A DNA stretch of 64,000 nt from Balamuthia mandrillaris (lineage: Eukaryota). Made by a program: the position numbers and the translations under genes. Each line of letters opens with the position of its first letter. The first letter of the stretch is position 1. Positions 1-12,797 of this stretch are shown piece after piece. The notes below the pieces were generated by a model, which did no database searches, had not been told where the DNA came from, and saw only the letters and a program-made list of their open reading frames with translations. The stretch lies in the NCBI GenBank assembly GCA_031835245.2, contig JAVKOQ020000024.1, forward strand, positions 124,001 to 188,000, read 5' to 3'.

Positions 1-1158
1 ACCTCATTTTTCGTCGAAAAAAAAAAAACAAAACAAAAAAAGAGCTCTGCCATAAGCAACAAATCGGAGGATTCCCTTCTATTCGACTGTACGTTCTTTT
101 ATTTGTCTTTGTCTAATTCTATTTCTCATTTTCTCTCTTCGCATGTTTTTAACTACAGTTTTCGCGATGGCACCCTCTTGAAAAAGTATGTTGGAGAAAA
201 AGAAGTCGATGCGTTTGTAGAGTTTGTGGAAATGGAAAAAGAAGCTTTTGTACCTGGTTCCGACGTTCTGGTCCTCACCAACAGAAACTTCATGAATAAC
301 ATACTTTCCTCTGATGGCGCTTGGATGGTCGAATTGTACGTTTTCTTTTTCTGCTTTTTGTTTCTCTCAAAATTCCCTGTTGTTCTTTTCCATCCTTATT
401 TCACGCAGGCTTATTCTTACTCTCCTTTCTCTATCTTACGCCTTCAATGCTCTTTCTGATACCGTTAGTTATGCTCCCTGGTGTGGACATTGTAAAGAAT
501 TAGCTCCCGAATGGGAGTCACTAGCTTCCTCTGTCAAAAACAGCGGAGATGACGTGAAAGTAGCCAAGGTGGATTGTGATGCGAATGAAGGTTCGTATTT
601 TATTCTATTAGAAAGAGTTAATATTTAACAAATCCTTTGTTGTATCAGAACTCTGCAACAATGTTGGTGTGAACAGTTTCCCTACTATCAAAATGTTTGT
701 TCTTGTTTATTGTTTCTTTTGTTTTTCAATCACATTTGCAATTCTTAACCACACAATGTCTAAAACGCAGGTTTCAAGTTACTTCGTACGATGGAGATAG
801 AGACGTGGATTCATTCATAGCATTTATCAGATCTCAAGCGTCTCTGCCTGCCCCAACTGCCAGCGATGTAATCACGCTCACTCCTGATAACTTTGATAGC
901 ATCAAAGAAGGAGTCTGGATGGTTGAATTGTAAGCCCTTAGCATTCTCTCTTTTGTTCGCTTTATTTTGGTTTGCTTACTATGGACTTACAATTAAGTTA
1001 TGCGCCATGGTGTTCTCATTGCAAGGCGTTGGCTCCAGAATGGGAAGCGTTCGCGACCTCCTCTAAAGGCAACCTTAACGTAGCCTCCGTTAATTGTGAA
1101 GCGTTCCCAGACCTATGCGACCATGTTGCTTCCTTCCCAACTATTTTGCTGTACTACT

Positions 1159-1197
<39 letters not shown>

Positions 1198-1954
1198 CTC
1201 TTTCCTTGTGTGCTGTAGATATTTCTTTTGTCGTATACCTCTCATTAACGTTGATGTAGTTATGCAAATGGTGGTGAACCAATTTTGTTCAAAGGCAATC
1301 GAGAACGAGGTGCCTTTTCTACATTTGCTGAAATGATGGCAGAAGAACAAGGAGAAGATAGTGATAGCCACATCATTCACCTTGACTCTGATATCGCCAT
1401 TCGCGATGCCCTCGTTGAAGGAGATTGGATGATTGACTTGTAAGAACCTTTTGAGTTAGTGGTTGTTTTGGTTGTTTACAAATGATTAACTGTATTCTGT
1501 TGCCAACAAAGTTATGTGCCTTGGTGTTCCCATTGTGCCATATTGAAGCCGGTTTGGGAGGATTTCGCTTTGGAGCTTCATGAAGAAGGCATTCCCGTCA
1601 AGGCTGCCACCTTCAATTGCGACGACTTTTATGGTAATTGTCCTCTCCCCTTGGTCCCTTATCTTGCTTTCTATTTTTTGTTTTAAACCCTGTCTTTCAG
1701 GTAGGTGCAAAGAAATAGGAGTAGAGCACTATCCAGCTATAATGCAGTACGTCTTTTCTTTTCTTTTCTTTTTTTGCGGTGTGCTTTTTAACATTTTTCT
1801 GTGTAACGAACAAAGCGTAAGGAATGGGCGTTACCAGTTTTATGATGGCTCGTTCGCCGTCGAACCTTTGTTGGAGTTTGCCAAAAAGGATCCAGCTCCA
1901 GTTGCTCCTCCGCCCGCTGTCTCATCAACGCCAAACACCAAAGATGAATTGTAA
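1..1954 (+). CDS. Protein disulfide isomerase-like multi-thioredoxin-domain ER protein (5' end lies before the window; multi-exon)
   Basis: Three thioredoxin active sites after splicing ([29 protein letters not shown]), FPTI/YPAI cis-Pro loops and a C-terminal KDEL before the stop at 1952-1954. Confidence 0.92.
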
Positions 1955-2045
1955 AAGTTGCGTTCTTTTTTTAATTTTTGGAATGATTTATATCACGGTT
2001 TACTGGTACAAGGCTTCTAGCCCTTGCTGGTGGACAGCTCTTCGA

Positions 2046-3116
2046 TCACCACTCTGAAGTCTCAAGTGTCACTTCCGCCGCCCAGTCACTCCAGCTATAA
2101 AAACTCCCTGCTGAAGCAAACACGTTCAACCCATCCTCCTCTCCCTCGTTCTTCTCACCCAACCCGTATACCGCTTTGCGATGAGGAAACTTCAAGTTGT
2201 GCACACGAAGGGACCCGCAATCCAAGAGGTTGAGCCGTTGCAACCTGGTGCAGTGGGCCAAGACCTGGTTGACCGCTTCTTCTCCAGGCCCGAGAGCCAG
2301 CTGCTCGTTGCCCTGCAGCAGCAACACGCGAAGCCTGCAGGGGGGCGGCAAGCAGAGAGGGAGATAGCCAAGATGCTGGGGGGTGAGGTCGGTGAAGCTG
2401 AGGTCCAGATATTCCAGGCCGGAGCAACCCCTGAGCAGTGCTTGCCAGGCACGAAAGTGGCGCTCATGTGGTTGTCGCTTTGGTAGTTTGTTGACCAGAA
2501 AGTATTGGCCATGCAAACCCAACTGCAGCAGCAAGTATAAGCGTTGGTGGAGAAAAACTTGAAGAATAAGAAGAAGCAAGAAGAAGAAGCAAGTAGCAGA
2601 AAAAAAGCAAGAACAAGAAGAAGAAGAAGAAGAAGAAGAAGAAGAAGAAGAAGAAGAAGAAGAAGAAGAAGAAGAAGAAGAAAAAAGAACAAGAACAAGA
2701 ACAAGAACAAGAACAAGAAGAAGAACAAGAAGAAGAAGAACAAGAAGAAATAACAACAAGAACAAGAAGAAGAACAAGAAGAAGAAGAAGAAGAACAAGA
2801 AGAAGAACAAGAACAAGAACAAGAAGAAGAAGAAGAAGAAGAACAAGAAGAAGAAGAAGAAGAAGAACAAGAACAAGAACAAGAACAAGAACAAGAACAA
2901 GAAGAAGAACAAGAAGAAGCCCAAGAAATGACGAATAACATACATGAAGAAGATTAGGGCAATGGGTGCCCAACACGGACAAAAGACAACGCAAATCGCC
3001 CTCCTCGTCATCGGTAGGCTGATAAGAATACCACTCCTCTTCGCCGCGGCGTGAGTACTCGAAGAAGCCCCGGTCAGTTCCCCTAGCATAGGATGGCCTT
3101 GGCTGCAATAAAGCCG

Positions 3117-3166
<50 letters not shown>

Positions 3167-3729
3167 CGACAGAGTTAACAATTAAAATGAAGCGTAGTAC
3201 ACAAAGGAGCGGACCTCAGTTCCAGCAACTCTAGTTTCTCTCCACATTTAGCCACCAGAGAAGACAACGCAACCGTAAAGCACTCTGCAGAGGCGAGGTT
3301 GATCTGTCTCAAGTTGTTCCGTTCGTTCAAAGCGTTGGCGATGGCCGTCAGGACATCTCCATCTGGGTCCTTCAAACCGCTGAGGTCCAATGAATGGATG
3401 TTGCTGCAGGAGGGAAGAAAGATGGAAAAGTGGCACGGCCGCAAGGAAAGAGGTGGCTGTGGAGGTAGTGAACCGTAATCGTTGAATGAGAAGAGGGATG
3501 GCGGCAGGGCCAGCGGGGACTGGGTTGCTGTTAACGCGCAGAAGAGGAGGTACTGCAAGCACTTTTCTTTGAGGTCCGTAGGAAGTAACTGTTGGATGAG
3601 GGCAGCGTTGGGAGCAAGAAACCGTACTAATGGGTCGATGCACAGCAATGCAAGAGGAGGAACAGAAGAGGAAGGAGAAGAAGAAGAAGAACAAGAACAA
3701 GAACAAGAAGAACAAGAAGCCGGTTCCAT
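2046..3729 (-). CDS. Leucine-rich-repeat (RNI/AMN1-like) protein, multi-exon
   Basis: LRR motifs IHSLDLSGL, LRQINLA, LEYLDLSFT, LRVLLLQGN, LQRLNLLDC; close paralog at 33740-35070. Confidence 0.75.
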
Positions 3730-3767
3730 TTTATGGTGCTGTAATTACAGTTCAGAAGCTTTATTTT

Positions 3768-3785
3768 TCATGACGACACGAAAAT
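3768..3785 (+). promoter_or_regulatory. Recurrent intergenic motif TCATGACGACAYG (18-mer identical to 8871-8888)
   Basis: Lies in the divergent LRR/lipase promoter; at least 8 related copies occur in the window, all near gene starts. Confidence 0.6.
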
Positions 3786-4114
3786 AAGATCAGGAATGCG
3801 TAACATTTAAAGCATCTAAACTATGAAAAACATTTGAGATACGTAAAAAATGTGAATTTTACTGACAAAAAAGAAAGGAAAGAAAAAGAACAAAAAATCG
3901 TTTCCGCCGTTTTGTTGCAAACTTCCAACGACATCCCCTCTTCCCCCCCTTTCCCTCTTCCCCCTCCTCTTCCCCACAACAACAACCTTTTTTACATCCT
4001 TGGGTGTTGGTTTTGGACTGTTTAAAAAAATGGTAAACTTTCTTCTGTTTTTTCTATTAGTTTTTTTTTTTCTGAACAAAAAAAATTACATAGAACTCTA
4101 CGGGAGAAAAACAG

Positions 4115-4623
4115 ATGTGGGAGTCGGGCGAGCTATCCCTGGCAGAGCAACAAGAGATAGAACAAGAGCTGGCCTCTCTGGAAGCAGGAGAGAAACACCA
4201 ACACCAGCAAGAAAACTGCAACGCTGCAGCCACCACCAAGGACGAAGCAACAAATGTTGACCTGGTTGCAGAGGTGACATCCAATGCAGCTGAGGAGGAG
4301 GAGGAGGAGGACGAAGAGGAGAAAAAGAAGGAGGAGAGAGAGGACGAGGTTCAATGGGAGGTCTTGCCAGAGAGAGACATGGAGCTGAGCTTCAGGGATG
4401 ATGGCAAGAAGGAGGAGGAGGCCCACGCCGAGCAGCGACAGAGGGTGCAGAGACAGCTGGCGCAGGTTAGCTTCCTGGAGAAGAGGCTGCAACGAACGCT
4501 GATCGACACGCTTGTGCTGGCTGCTGTGGCCCGTGCCATGTGGGAAGAGACCCACACCGCTGCGTACGTTTGCTTGCTTGTCTTCTCTTCTCTTCTCTCT
4601 GTTTTTCTCTGTTTCTCTCTGTT

Positions 4624-4659
<36 letters not shown>

Positions 4660-7600
4660 CTCTTCTATCTTTGTCTTCCTCTGTTCTCTTCTGCTTCTCT
4701 TCTTCCTCTTTTCTTCTCTTTGTTTCTTGCCATGATTTTTCTTAGAGGTTTATGTGATTGTTGTTTAACAGGCACGGAATGGAAGGGAGGGAGTACCATC
4801 TTTTGGTTTCGTCGGTGTTGAACGGCCTGAGGGAGCACGTCGAATCTTTGATAGAACGACAAGTACCAGAACAAAAGCAATTGGGATTGTTGGCATTGGG
4901 TGGTTATCGCAGCCTCTTGCTCGTTACCCAAGAGTGTTTGAGCCATGCCCACTCCATTCTTTCGGTGTACACCAGAAGCCGTGTGCACTCGCCAGTCAAC
5001 AACGTAATGCTGCTTTGTTTGTTATTTTGTTTACTTCCTTTTCGTTTATGGTATTTAAACTTGCTTCATACAGACGCCAGCATTGTCAGTCGAAGATAAA
5101 GCCTCAAAGGAACACGAACGGGCAAAGGGCGCTCATTCTCTCTCCACGTCACCCCAAGCGGAGGCGCCCATTTCTGCTTCCTTATCAACTTCAAGGGACC
5201 GAAAGAAGCTAACTTCCTCTGCTCCTTCTGTTCCTACACTAGATGCTCCTCCTCGTCATAAATCTTCTGCTGATCCTGTTTCCTCTCCTTCCGGCTCTTC
5301 CACAAACAGCAACAACAGCGCTTCCACTCCACCTTTTTCTTTTGCCTCTTCCATTTCTTCTGCCTTTTCTTCTGCCTTCTCCACTACTTCAGCAACCACT
5401 CCAAGAAGGAAATCACACACAACAACCACAGAACCAGATAAATGGATATCAAGCCCAGCAACTTCTTTGGCTCAATTGAAGGAAGAAATGGAGGGGACCC
5501 TCTCCCTCCTACAACAGTTAGTTCACATTTTTAAGATCTGTAATGTCATTCCATTAGATGCAGAGAAGTACTTCAGCCTGACGTTGGATGAGATAGAGAA
5601 CATGTTTCCCGACAGTCTTGAATGGAAGTTGGATATGTTTCCTCATTACGTTGGCTTTGAGGTTAGTTCTCTCTCTCTCTCTCTCTCTCTCTCTCCCCTC
5701 TCTCCTCTCTCTCCCCCCTCTCTCGTTCTCTAAGGAAAATGCTCACTCTTTCTTGTAGTATTCCAAAGAGCTGATGCAGTATGTTCGCTTGTTGGATGTA
5801 TTTTACATTGCATCCACAAAGGCCTATAACGCTACGAATCCTCTAACCAAGAAAACCATTTTCTCTTCCTCTGTTGTTAAGTACAACGTTCTACCCAAAG
5901 AAGCTGCTGTTCTTGTACGTGTCTCTGTTTCACTTTCTCATGTGATATTTCCAAATTTTTCCTAAATGAACTTGACAAACAAAAAGGCTACAAACTGCAA
6001 GAAAAACTTATCCAGAGAAGTGCTCATTTCGGTATGGGAATTGCTGGAGGATCAGGTCTTTCGTTGGTTGGCCGTTAACTCTGGCTTCTTCCCCAAAGTG
6101 AAAATCACCGTCAATTCACGCATCACCATTCCGTTTCCTTCTTCTTCATCTCCCTCTTCTTCTCCTTCATTCTCTTCTTCTTCTGCTGCTTCGGTCGCAT
6201 CACCTGATGAACAAAAGAAATCAAACTCTCCCTCCACAGACGAAGAAGTACCAGTAATCCATGCTCGTTTCTTCTGGCATCGTCCCAAGAAAAGGGCTTC
6301 TACTTTATCCGCGTCACCAACTACCAACGCCACCGCCGAAACTTCTGAGAAAGCCGGCAAACCTACGACTGCAGAATCTCGCTTTGGTTCGTTCATGTCT
6401 TACGTCAGCCAACAATGGTCGAAAGAAGAAAAGCAACACCCGACAAAACAAGGCGCAACAACAACTGAGAACCTCAATCACAATAACAACGTTGAGGAGA
6501 CACAAAAGGTGATGCAGGAGCAAGCGACCAGTGCCCCAAAGAAGAAAGAGAAACAAAATGAAGAGGGTGGCGACGGCCAAGAACCCGCCTTCCTGATACT
6601 GCACATTCATGGAGGAGGATTCATCTCCCAGACCTCTAATTCGCATTCGATGTACCTGAAGCAGTGGGCTCATGATCTTGGCATTCCTATTGTCAGCATT
6701 GATTACACGTTCGTTCCTTCTCTACATCCCCTCTTTTCTCTCCTTCTCCTCTAACCATTTTCTCCTCTCACATAATAAAAATAAAGCAAAGCGCCAGCAG
6801 GTCATTATCCAATTCCATTAACCGAATGTTATACGGCGTACAAGTGGCTACAAACCAACTATCACCAACTCGGCATTCCTCACAACCCCCTTGGCATCCG
6901 CATTCTCTTAGCCGGAGACAGTGCTGGAGGTATTTTTTTTCTTTTCCCTTCTATCTTAGTGCTTATGTTCTTCTTTTCTTCTTTTCTTACCAAAACAAAA
7001 ACAACAGGCAATTTATGCGCAGCTCTTACTTTGAAGGCATTAGAAGAGGACAAAGTATTGCCTCCAATCGGCACTATCCTCTTCTATCCAGCAGTCACGT
7101 TGACGGCGACGGGAGGCATCTCTCGGCTGGCCTTTTGTCATGACCCTATTCTCAACTATCGCACTTTGATGCTTTGCCAAGAGGCTTATCTCAGCCCTGT
7201 GCAACAAGAGGTTTGTTCTTTCTTTTGCCCTTTTATCTTTTTTGCTTTATTTTTGTTTTGTTAGTTTTTAACTTTTAAAACATTCAGGCGGCAGCAATGG
7301 ATTACTTTATAAGCCCAGGGGTTGCTCCAAACTATTTGCTTGCACAGTTCCCTCCAACTTTTGTTATTTTGGGTGGCATCGATCCTTTACTTGGTTTGTC
7401 TTCCCTCCTCTTCTCTTTATCGTTCTCTTCTCTCCTTTTCTTTCTTTCTCATGTTTTCTTTTTTTCTTGCTTTCTTCTCCTCAGATGACGGGCTGCTCTT
7501 TGCGCAGAGGCTAAGGGAGAACGGACGACAAGTGACCATCAAGCTGTTCGACACCCTTCCGCACGGATTCTTGAATCTCTCTCAGGCCATTCCCTCAGCT

Positions 7601-7744
7601 CAAAAGGCAGTTTCCTACACAACGGCTTGCTTCCGGCATCTCATACGAAACTTTTTGGAGGCTTCCAAAGATCCTTGGAACTCCAAGGACATTGCTTCTT
7701 CCTCTTCTTCCTCCTCCGTCTCCTCTTCTTCGTTACCTGCTTGA
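4115..7744 (+). CDS. Hormone-sensitive lipase family alpha/beta hydrolase, multi-exon
   Basis: [14 protein letters not shown] oxyanion motif, LAGDSAGG(N) nucleophile motif at about 6907-6930, DPLLDD and LPHGFLNL catalytic Asp/His regions. Confidence 0.9.
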
Positions 7745-7863
7745 AGAATTGAAGAAGAAAGAGAACTAATTTTCTTTTAGAGAAAAGAAGAGAAAGGATA
7801 AAAGGTAACAACGTTTGAATTGCATACAAGAGAAAAATCGGAGAAGAAGTAAAGGATAGGTGT

Positions 7864-8487
7864 TCAGAGCCATTTGGGACGATGCTCAGGAAGAGGCAGG
7901 CTGACGAGATCCGTATCAAAGAGCTCGATAAACTGCTCGTTGAGCAAACGGACCTTATCACCAGCGTAGCGGCGGTACTCCTCGAAGATGGAAGTAAGGC
8001 TCCACCGTTGCAGCTTCCTCAAACAACCTATCACCGTTCCTTTGTTTTGTGGTAGCGTGACAACAGAGCGAGAGAGAGAAGAGACCAAGAAAAATGAGTG
8101 GAAGAGAGACAGAACAAGAGTGAGAAGAGAAGAGAGGAAGAAGTTGTGAAGAACAAGAGAGAGGCAGAAGAGAACGAGATAAGAGAAGGACAAGAGGGCA
8201 AAAGAATAAAGGAGAGAACGAGAGAAGAGAACACAGAGAGAATGGGAGGGCAGGGTGAAGGGTGAAAACCTGTTCGGTGACGACCGAGGTTACACATGAT
8301 AGCCAAGGGATAGTTTTTGGGCTCGAGGATGACCTTCAACGCCGAAATGACAACGTCCTCAGAGATGGGGCTCCACGGGTTGGCTATGCGCATCTGTGAG
8401 TCCTCCATTCCCAAGTGAAGCAGATCAATGTCCTGGTCGTCCACAAAATTGTAGCTAGTTAAGGGTTGCGTGAGAAAAGCAAATGTG

Positions 8488-8527
<40 letters not shown>

Positions 8528-8709
8528 AGAATGAGGAGAAGAGAAGAAATGTACAAAGGCTGGGAGGGATCATCAGGGGCGAGATAGATGATTGTTTTGA
8601 GATTCATACGCTCCAGGAAGGGAAAGTTGAGGACGTTGGGCTGGCCCGACCGATGAAAGTCCTCTTCCACCATGCCATAGTTATTGGGAGGTATGTAAAG
8701 TGCGCCCAT
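7864..8709 (-). CDS. OCA1: OCA1/SIW14-family atypical tyrosine/inositol pyrophosphate phosphatase, multi-exon
   Basis: PPNNYGMVEEDFHRSGQP N-terminus, CNLGRHRTG CX5R loop, TVIGCLRKLQRWSLTSIFEEYRRYAG and EQFIELFD. Confidence 0.88.
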
Positions 8710-8890
8710 TTTTTTGTTTTTTTGTCTTTCCTTGCTGCTTTCTTTTCTTTATTTTTTTATTTTTTTTGTTTTCACAAAGGTTTGTTGGTGTCGGGAATTG
8801 AACCGGCGGATTCAGTTAAAAATCCAAGTTGTTGCCATCACGATTCGAACCGGCGCAATTCAAATTGTAGTCATGACGACACGAAAATGG

Positions 8891-10428
8891 TTAGGCCGAG
8901 TGTTTGCCTTTCTCTTTCTTGTCTTCCACTTCTTCTTCCTTTTGTTGCTGGTCCTCCGCGTACTCCTTCTTGAACTGGGTGCGGTAAAGCTTGGCGTAGG
9001 TCCCGCCCTTCCGCAAGAGCTGCTCGTGGGTGCCCTGCTCCACGATGCGCCCCTCCTCCAGCACCAAGATGACGTCCGCCTGCAGGATGGTGGACAGCCG
9101 GTGGGCAATCACGAAGGAGGTCCTCCCCTCCAGCAGCGGGCGGATGGCTTCCTGAATGAAGCTCTCCGTCAGGCTGTCCAAGCTGGAGGTGGCCTCGTCC
9201 AGGATGAGCACTGCAGGGTCCCTCAACAAGGCCCTGGCTATGGCGATCCTTTGCTTCTCCCCTCCACTCAGCATGTACCCGTTCTCCCCCACGATGGTGT
9301 CGTAGCCCTTGGGAAAGTCGTTCACGATGGCCTCGTGGATCCTCGCTAGGCGACAGACCTCGTGCACTTGTTCCGCGGTGGCGTCGGGCTTGGCCAGGAG
9401 GACGTTGTTGAAGATGGTGTCGTTGAAGAGGACGCAGTCCTGGGGCACCACCGCAAAGATCTCGCTCAGGTTCTGCAGGCGCAGGTCCCTAAGGTCATAG
9501 CCGTCCAGCAGGATCTCGCCCCCAGAGACATCGTACAAGCGAAGGAGGAGGGAGGTGAGAGTGGACTTGCCGGCTCCTGTTTTGCCAACAATGGCGCACA
9601 TCTGACCGGGCTTGATGTGGAAGGAGCAGTCCTGCAGCACATATTTAAGCTCGGATTTGTTGGCTTTTTGTTGTTCCTCCAGGGTGTAGTCAGGGATGAC
9701 TTCGCCTTGCCTGGTCACTTTGGCTGAACTCCAGAAGTAACGATCCACCTATTTATTTTTGTTTGTGTTAAAAGAGAAAGGAGAAGAAAGAGAACAGAAG
9801 GGCGGATAAGGAAAAGAGAATAAACATAAAACGCAATATAGGTACCCTTTTGATGGTGGCAGGACGTTCCAAGTCAAACAACTGATAGCTGAATTTGACA
9901 CTGCGATACTCCACCTCTCCTCTCACATCCTGTTTTCGCAAGTTGATGCTCTGCTCCTTCTCTGCAACCTCCACGGGCAAGTCCAACACCTCCATGACGC
10001 GCTCGAAGCTGATAATGGACTTCAGGAAGCCGATCCAGTCACTCATGAGGCCCATCAAAGGTCCATGAACCTGTCCCACGTAGGAAGTGAACGAAAAGAG
10101 AGCGCCAGGTGTGATGGTTCCCTCGAGCACAGCGTGTCCTCCCCAATAGTAGATGAAGGCGGTGGAAATGGAGCCAAGACTGCCGACGAACAGCCAAAAC
10201 TTCTTGTCTCGCCATCTATGTTTTTGCTGTTCCTCCCACCGCTGTTAAAGAAAAGAACATGTGAGAAGGAATAAATTGGGTTTGTGATGAAAAATGAAAG
10301 AATAGCAAAGTACTTCGTCTAGTTTAGTAGCAAACTGTTCCACGTTGTATTGTTGTAGGCCAAATAGTTTGGTGAGCTGCACACCCGATAGGGCCAATGT
10401 CTAAAACAATTTTTGGTTAGTGAGTGAG

Positions 10429-10467
<39 letters not shown>

Positions 10468-11444
10468 AAATAAGAGAAATGCAAACAGTTAAACATTATT
10501 TAAAATAAGTGCTCACCTCAGAAACAAAGCTCCAGAGCTGTCTTCGCTTCAGGGCAACAGTGTTTTCATCTCTCTGCAGGCGGCTTGCCAACCACCGCGC
10601 AGGAAAGTAGAAGCAAGGAAATAGGAAAATGATGTACAATGAAAGGTAGGCGTTCATGTTTAGCATGAAAAAGAGGGCCAACCCTAGCTGAAATAGGTTT
10701 CCCATAACGTCAACCATGTTGGAGGAGATGGCGGTATGGGCAGTGTAGACGTCGTCAAAGAGGCGTGAGGTTATCTCGCCTGACGGTGTCGCAGCAAAGA
10801 AGCGCACGCCTAATCGCTGAAAATGTCTGTAATGAAAAGGTTCAGGACAAATTCGTGTACACTCAAAAAGGTGAGGCAGAAGCAAAAGAAAACGAAGAAG
10901 AAGCAGAAGCAGAAGCAGAAGCAGAAGCAGAAGCAGAAGCAGAAGCAGAAGCAGAAGAACAAGAACACAGTACACATCAGAAGAAGAACTGCTTACGTGT
11001 ACATAGCGGTTTGTAAGGCCATAGTGACCCGATGATCAAACACCGAGATAGTAAAGTCGCGTTGTTGAGAAACAAAGCGGTTTAGCAGAGGCAAAGCCAC
11101 CGCAGCGAGCGCAAGCAAGTTAACCAACATTCGGTTGTTATTCGGTATGGCATCATCGATCAACGTTTGGAAGATTTTGGGTTGAAGTGCACCTGTTTGT
11201 TTCAAAAACCAAGCAATGAGAAAGAGAGAAGAAGAAGAAGAAGAAGAAGAAGAAGAAGAAGAAGAAGAAGAACAAGAACAAGAACAAGAACAAGAACAAG
11301 AACAAGAACAAGAACAAGAACAAGAACAAGAACAAGAACAAGAACAAGAACAAGAACAACAACAAGAAGCAGAAGCAGAAGCAGAGGCAGAAGAAGCATA
11401 GGAGGAACAAGAAGAAGAGGAGGAAAGGAGTGGCACATGGGATA

Positions 11445-11484
<40 letters not shown>

Positions 11485-11832
11485 GAAGAAACGAGTGAAA
11501 GCGGAAGCGAAGAGTAGAAAAACTGGTACCAATAACTTTCAGAACAAAGAGAAGAAACATGGAAAAGAACAAAGTCCACTTGTGCGGCGCAGTGAAGGAC
11601 CATATACGCTTCAACACTACCCATTTTTCGCGAACAAACTGGAACTTGTCCACCTGTTGCAGCGCCTTATCATCATCACCTTTTTGAACAAAAAAACCGT
11701 AGTGAGAGGTTGGAATCTTCTTTCTTTCTTTTCCGTTCACCAAGTGACACTGATCATCCATCACCCGGAGCCAAAAAACCAAGCAAACAAACCTGGTCGA
11801 AGGATGTTTCTCCACGCGCCCCACGACTCCAT
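8891..11832 (-). CDS. ABC transporter B-family half transporter (TMD + NBD), multi-exon
   Basis: Walker A GKTGAGKST, signature LSGGEKQRIAIARAL, Walker B ILDEATSSLD and IAHRLST; upstream hydrophobic TMD exons. The start codon at 11832 is a best guess. Confidence 0.93.
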
Positions 11833-12233
11833 GCCACCGCCCGTGATGTTGCGTCCTCCTCGTGGTCCTGGTATGGTGGCTGATTTTGTTTTTTTTTTCA
11901 AAACAAGATCAAAGAAGAAGGACGGAATCTTCGCGCTCCGCGTGGCCACGAGTCACTCCCCGCGGCACGAAACAATAATTGACGCAAATGAACTGTTCCT
12001 CGAACTTCTTTCCTTCTTCTTCTTCTCATTTTTCTTCCACCAACTGTGAAGTTTCGCGTGGAGGTGGCGGTGAACCCCATATCTTGGCATTTTGTGGATG
12101 ATGCTCCACCAGGACTGGCGAAAAATCCAAAAACACTCATTTTTCAATCATGTCGTCATGAAAGTGGAGTTTATGCGAAACGCCCGTGATGAGATGCCTC
12201 ATCAGGCAACCTTTGGTACCATCACCGACGAAC

Positions 12234-12797
12234 ATGGAGGGTCGAAGGAGAGTGCTCTTCTTGGATGTGGACGGCGTGCTGATGCTCTTCCACCGACGAG
12301 GAGAGTGGAACGAGCGCTGCTTGTTGCAGCTGAAACGCGTCCTCACGGAGCTTCATCCCGTGGAAATAGTGCTGTCCTCCAACTGGAAGCGGTCCGAGGA
12401 GAGCATGCAAGAACTGGTGGCACAGTTTAAACGACTATCTTTTCCCGGCTGGGAGGAGGCCTCCGTGACGGACCTGCAAGTCACGCCCGAGCTGGAATAT
12501 GAGACAAGCGTTGCTCACTCTCGCGTCAGAGAAATAGTGGAGTGGCTGCGCCGAGCGAAGGAGGAAAAGTCTTTGGTGCCGCCTCACTCGGGAGCAAGCC
12601 TCAGCGACATTGCCTGGGTGGCTGTGGATGACATGAACCTGGAAGAGGCCGATGGAAACGTCATGAAGGGACACTTTGTTCGCACGGGTCGAGAGGAAGG
12701 GCTTGTTGAGAGTAAGGCGGACAAAGTCCTTGGGCTCTTCCTACAACAGCAACATCAACAAGAAACCACTGCTTCAACAGTAATCATGGAAGAATGA
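12234..12797 (+). CDS. HAD-superfamily protein (HAD_SAK / RNA-repair-associated type), intronless
   Basis: VLFLDVDGVL (motif I), IVLSSNWK (motif II), WVAVDDMNL (motif IV) and FVRT..GL. Confidence 0.8.
   Translation: MEGRRRVLFLDVDGVLMLFHRRGEWNERCLLQLKRVLTELHPVEIVLSSNWKRSEESMQELVAQFKRLSFPGWEEASVTDLQVTPELEYETSVAHSRVREIVEWLRRAKEEKSLVPPHSGASLSDIAWVAVDDMNLEEADGNVMKGHFVRTGREEGLVESKADKVLGLFLQQQHQQETTASTVIMEE

Noticed and set aside
8787..8851. tRNA gene suggested by GGTTCAATTCCCGACACCA on the minus strand
   Set aside because: No matching acceptor 5' strand, D-arm or paired T-stem; treated as orphan B-boxes.
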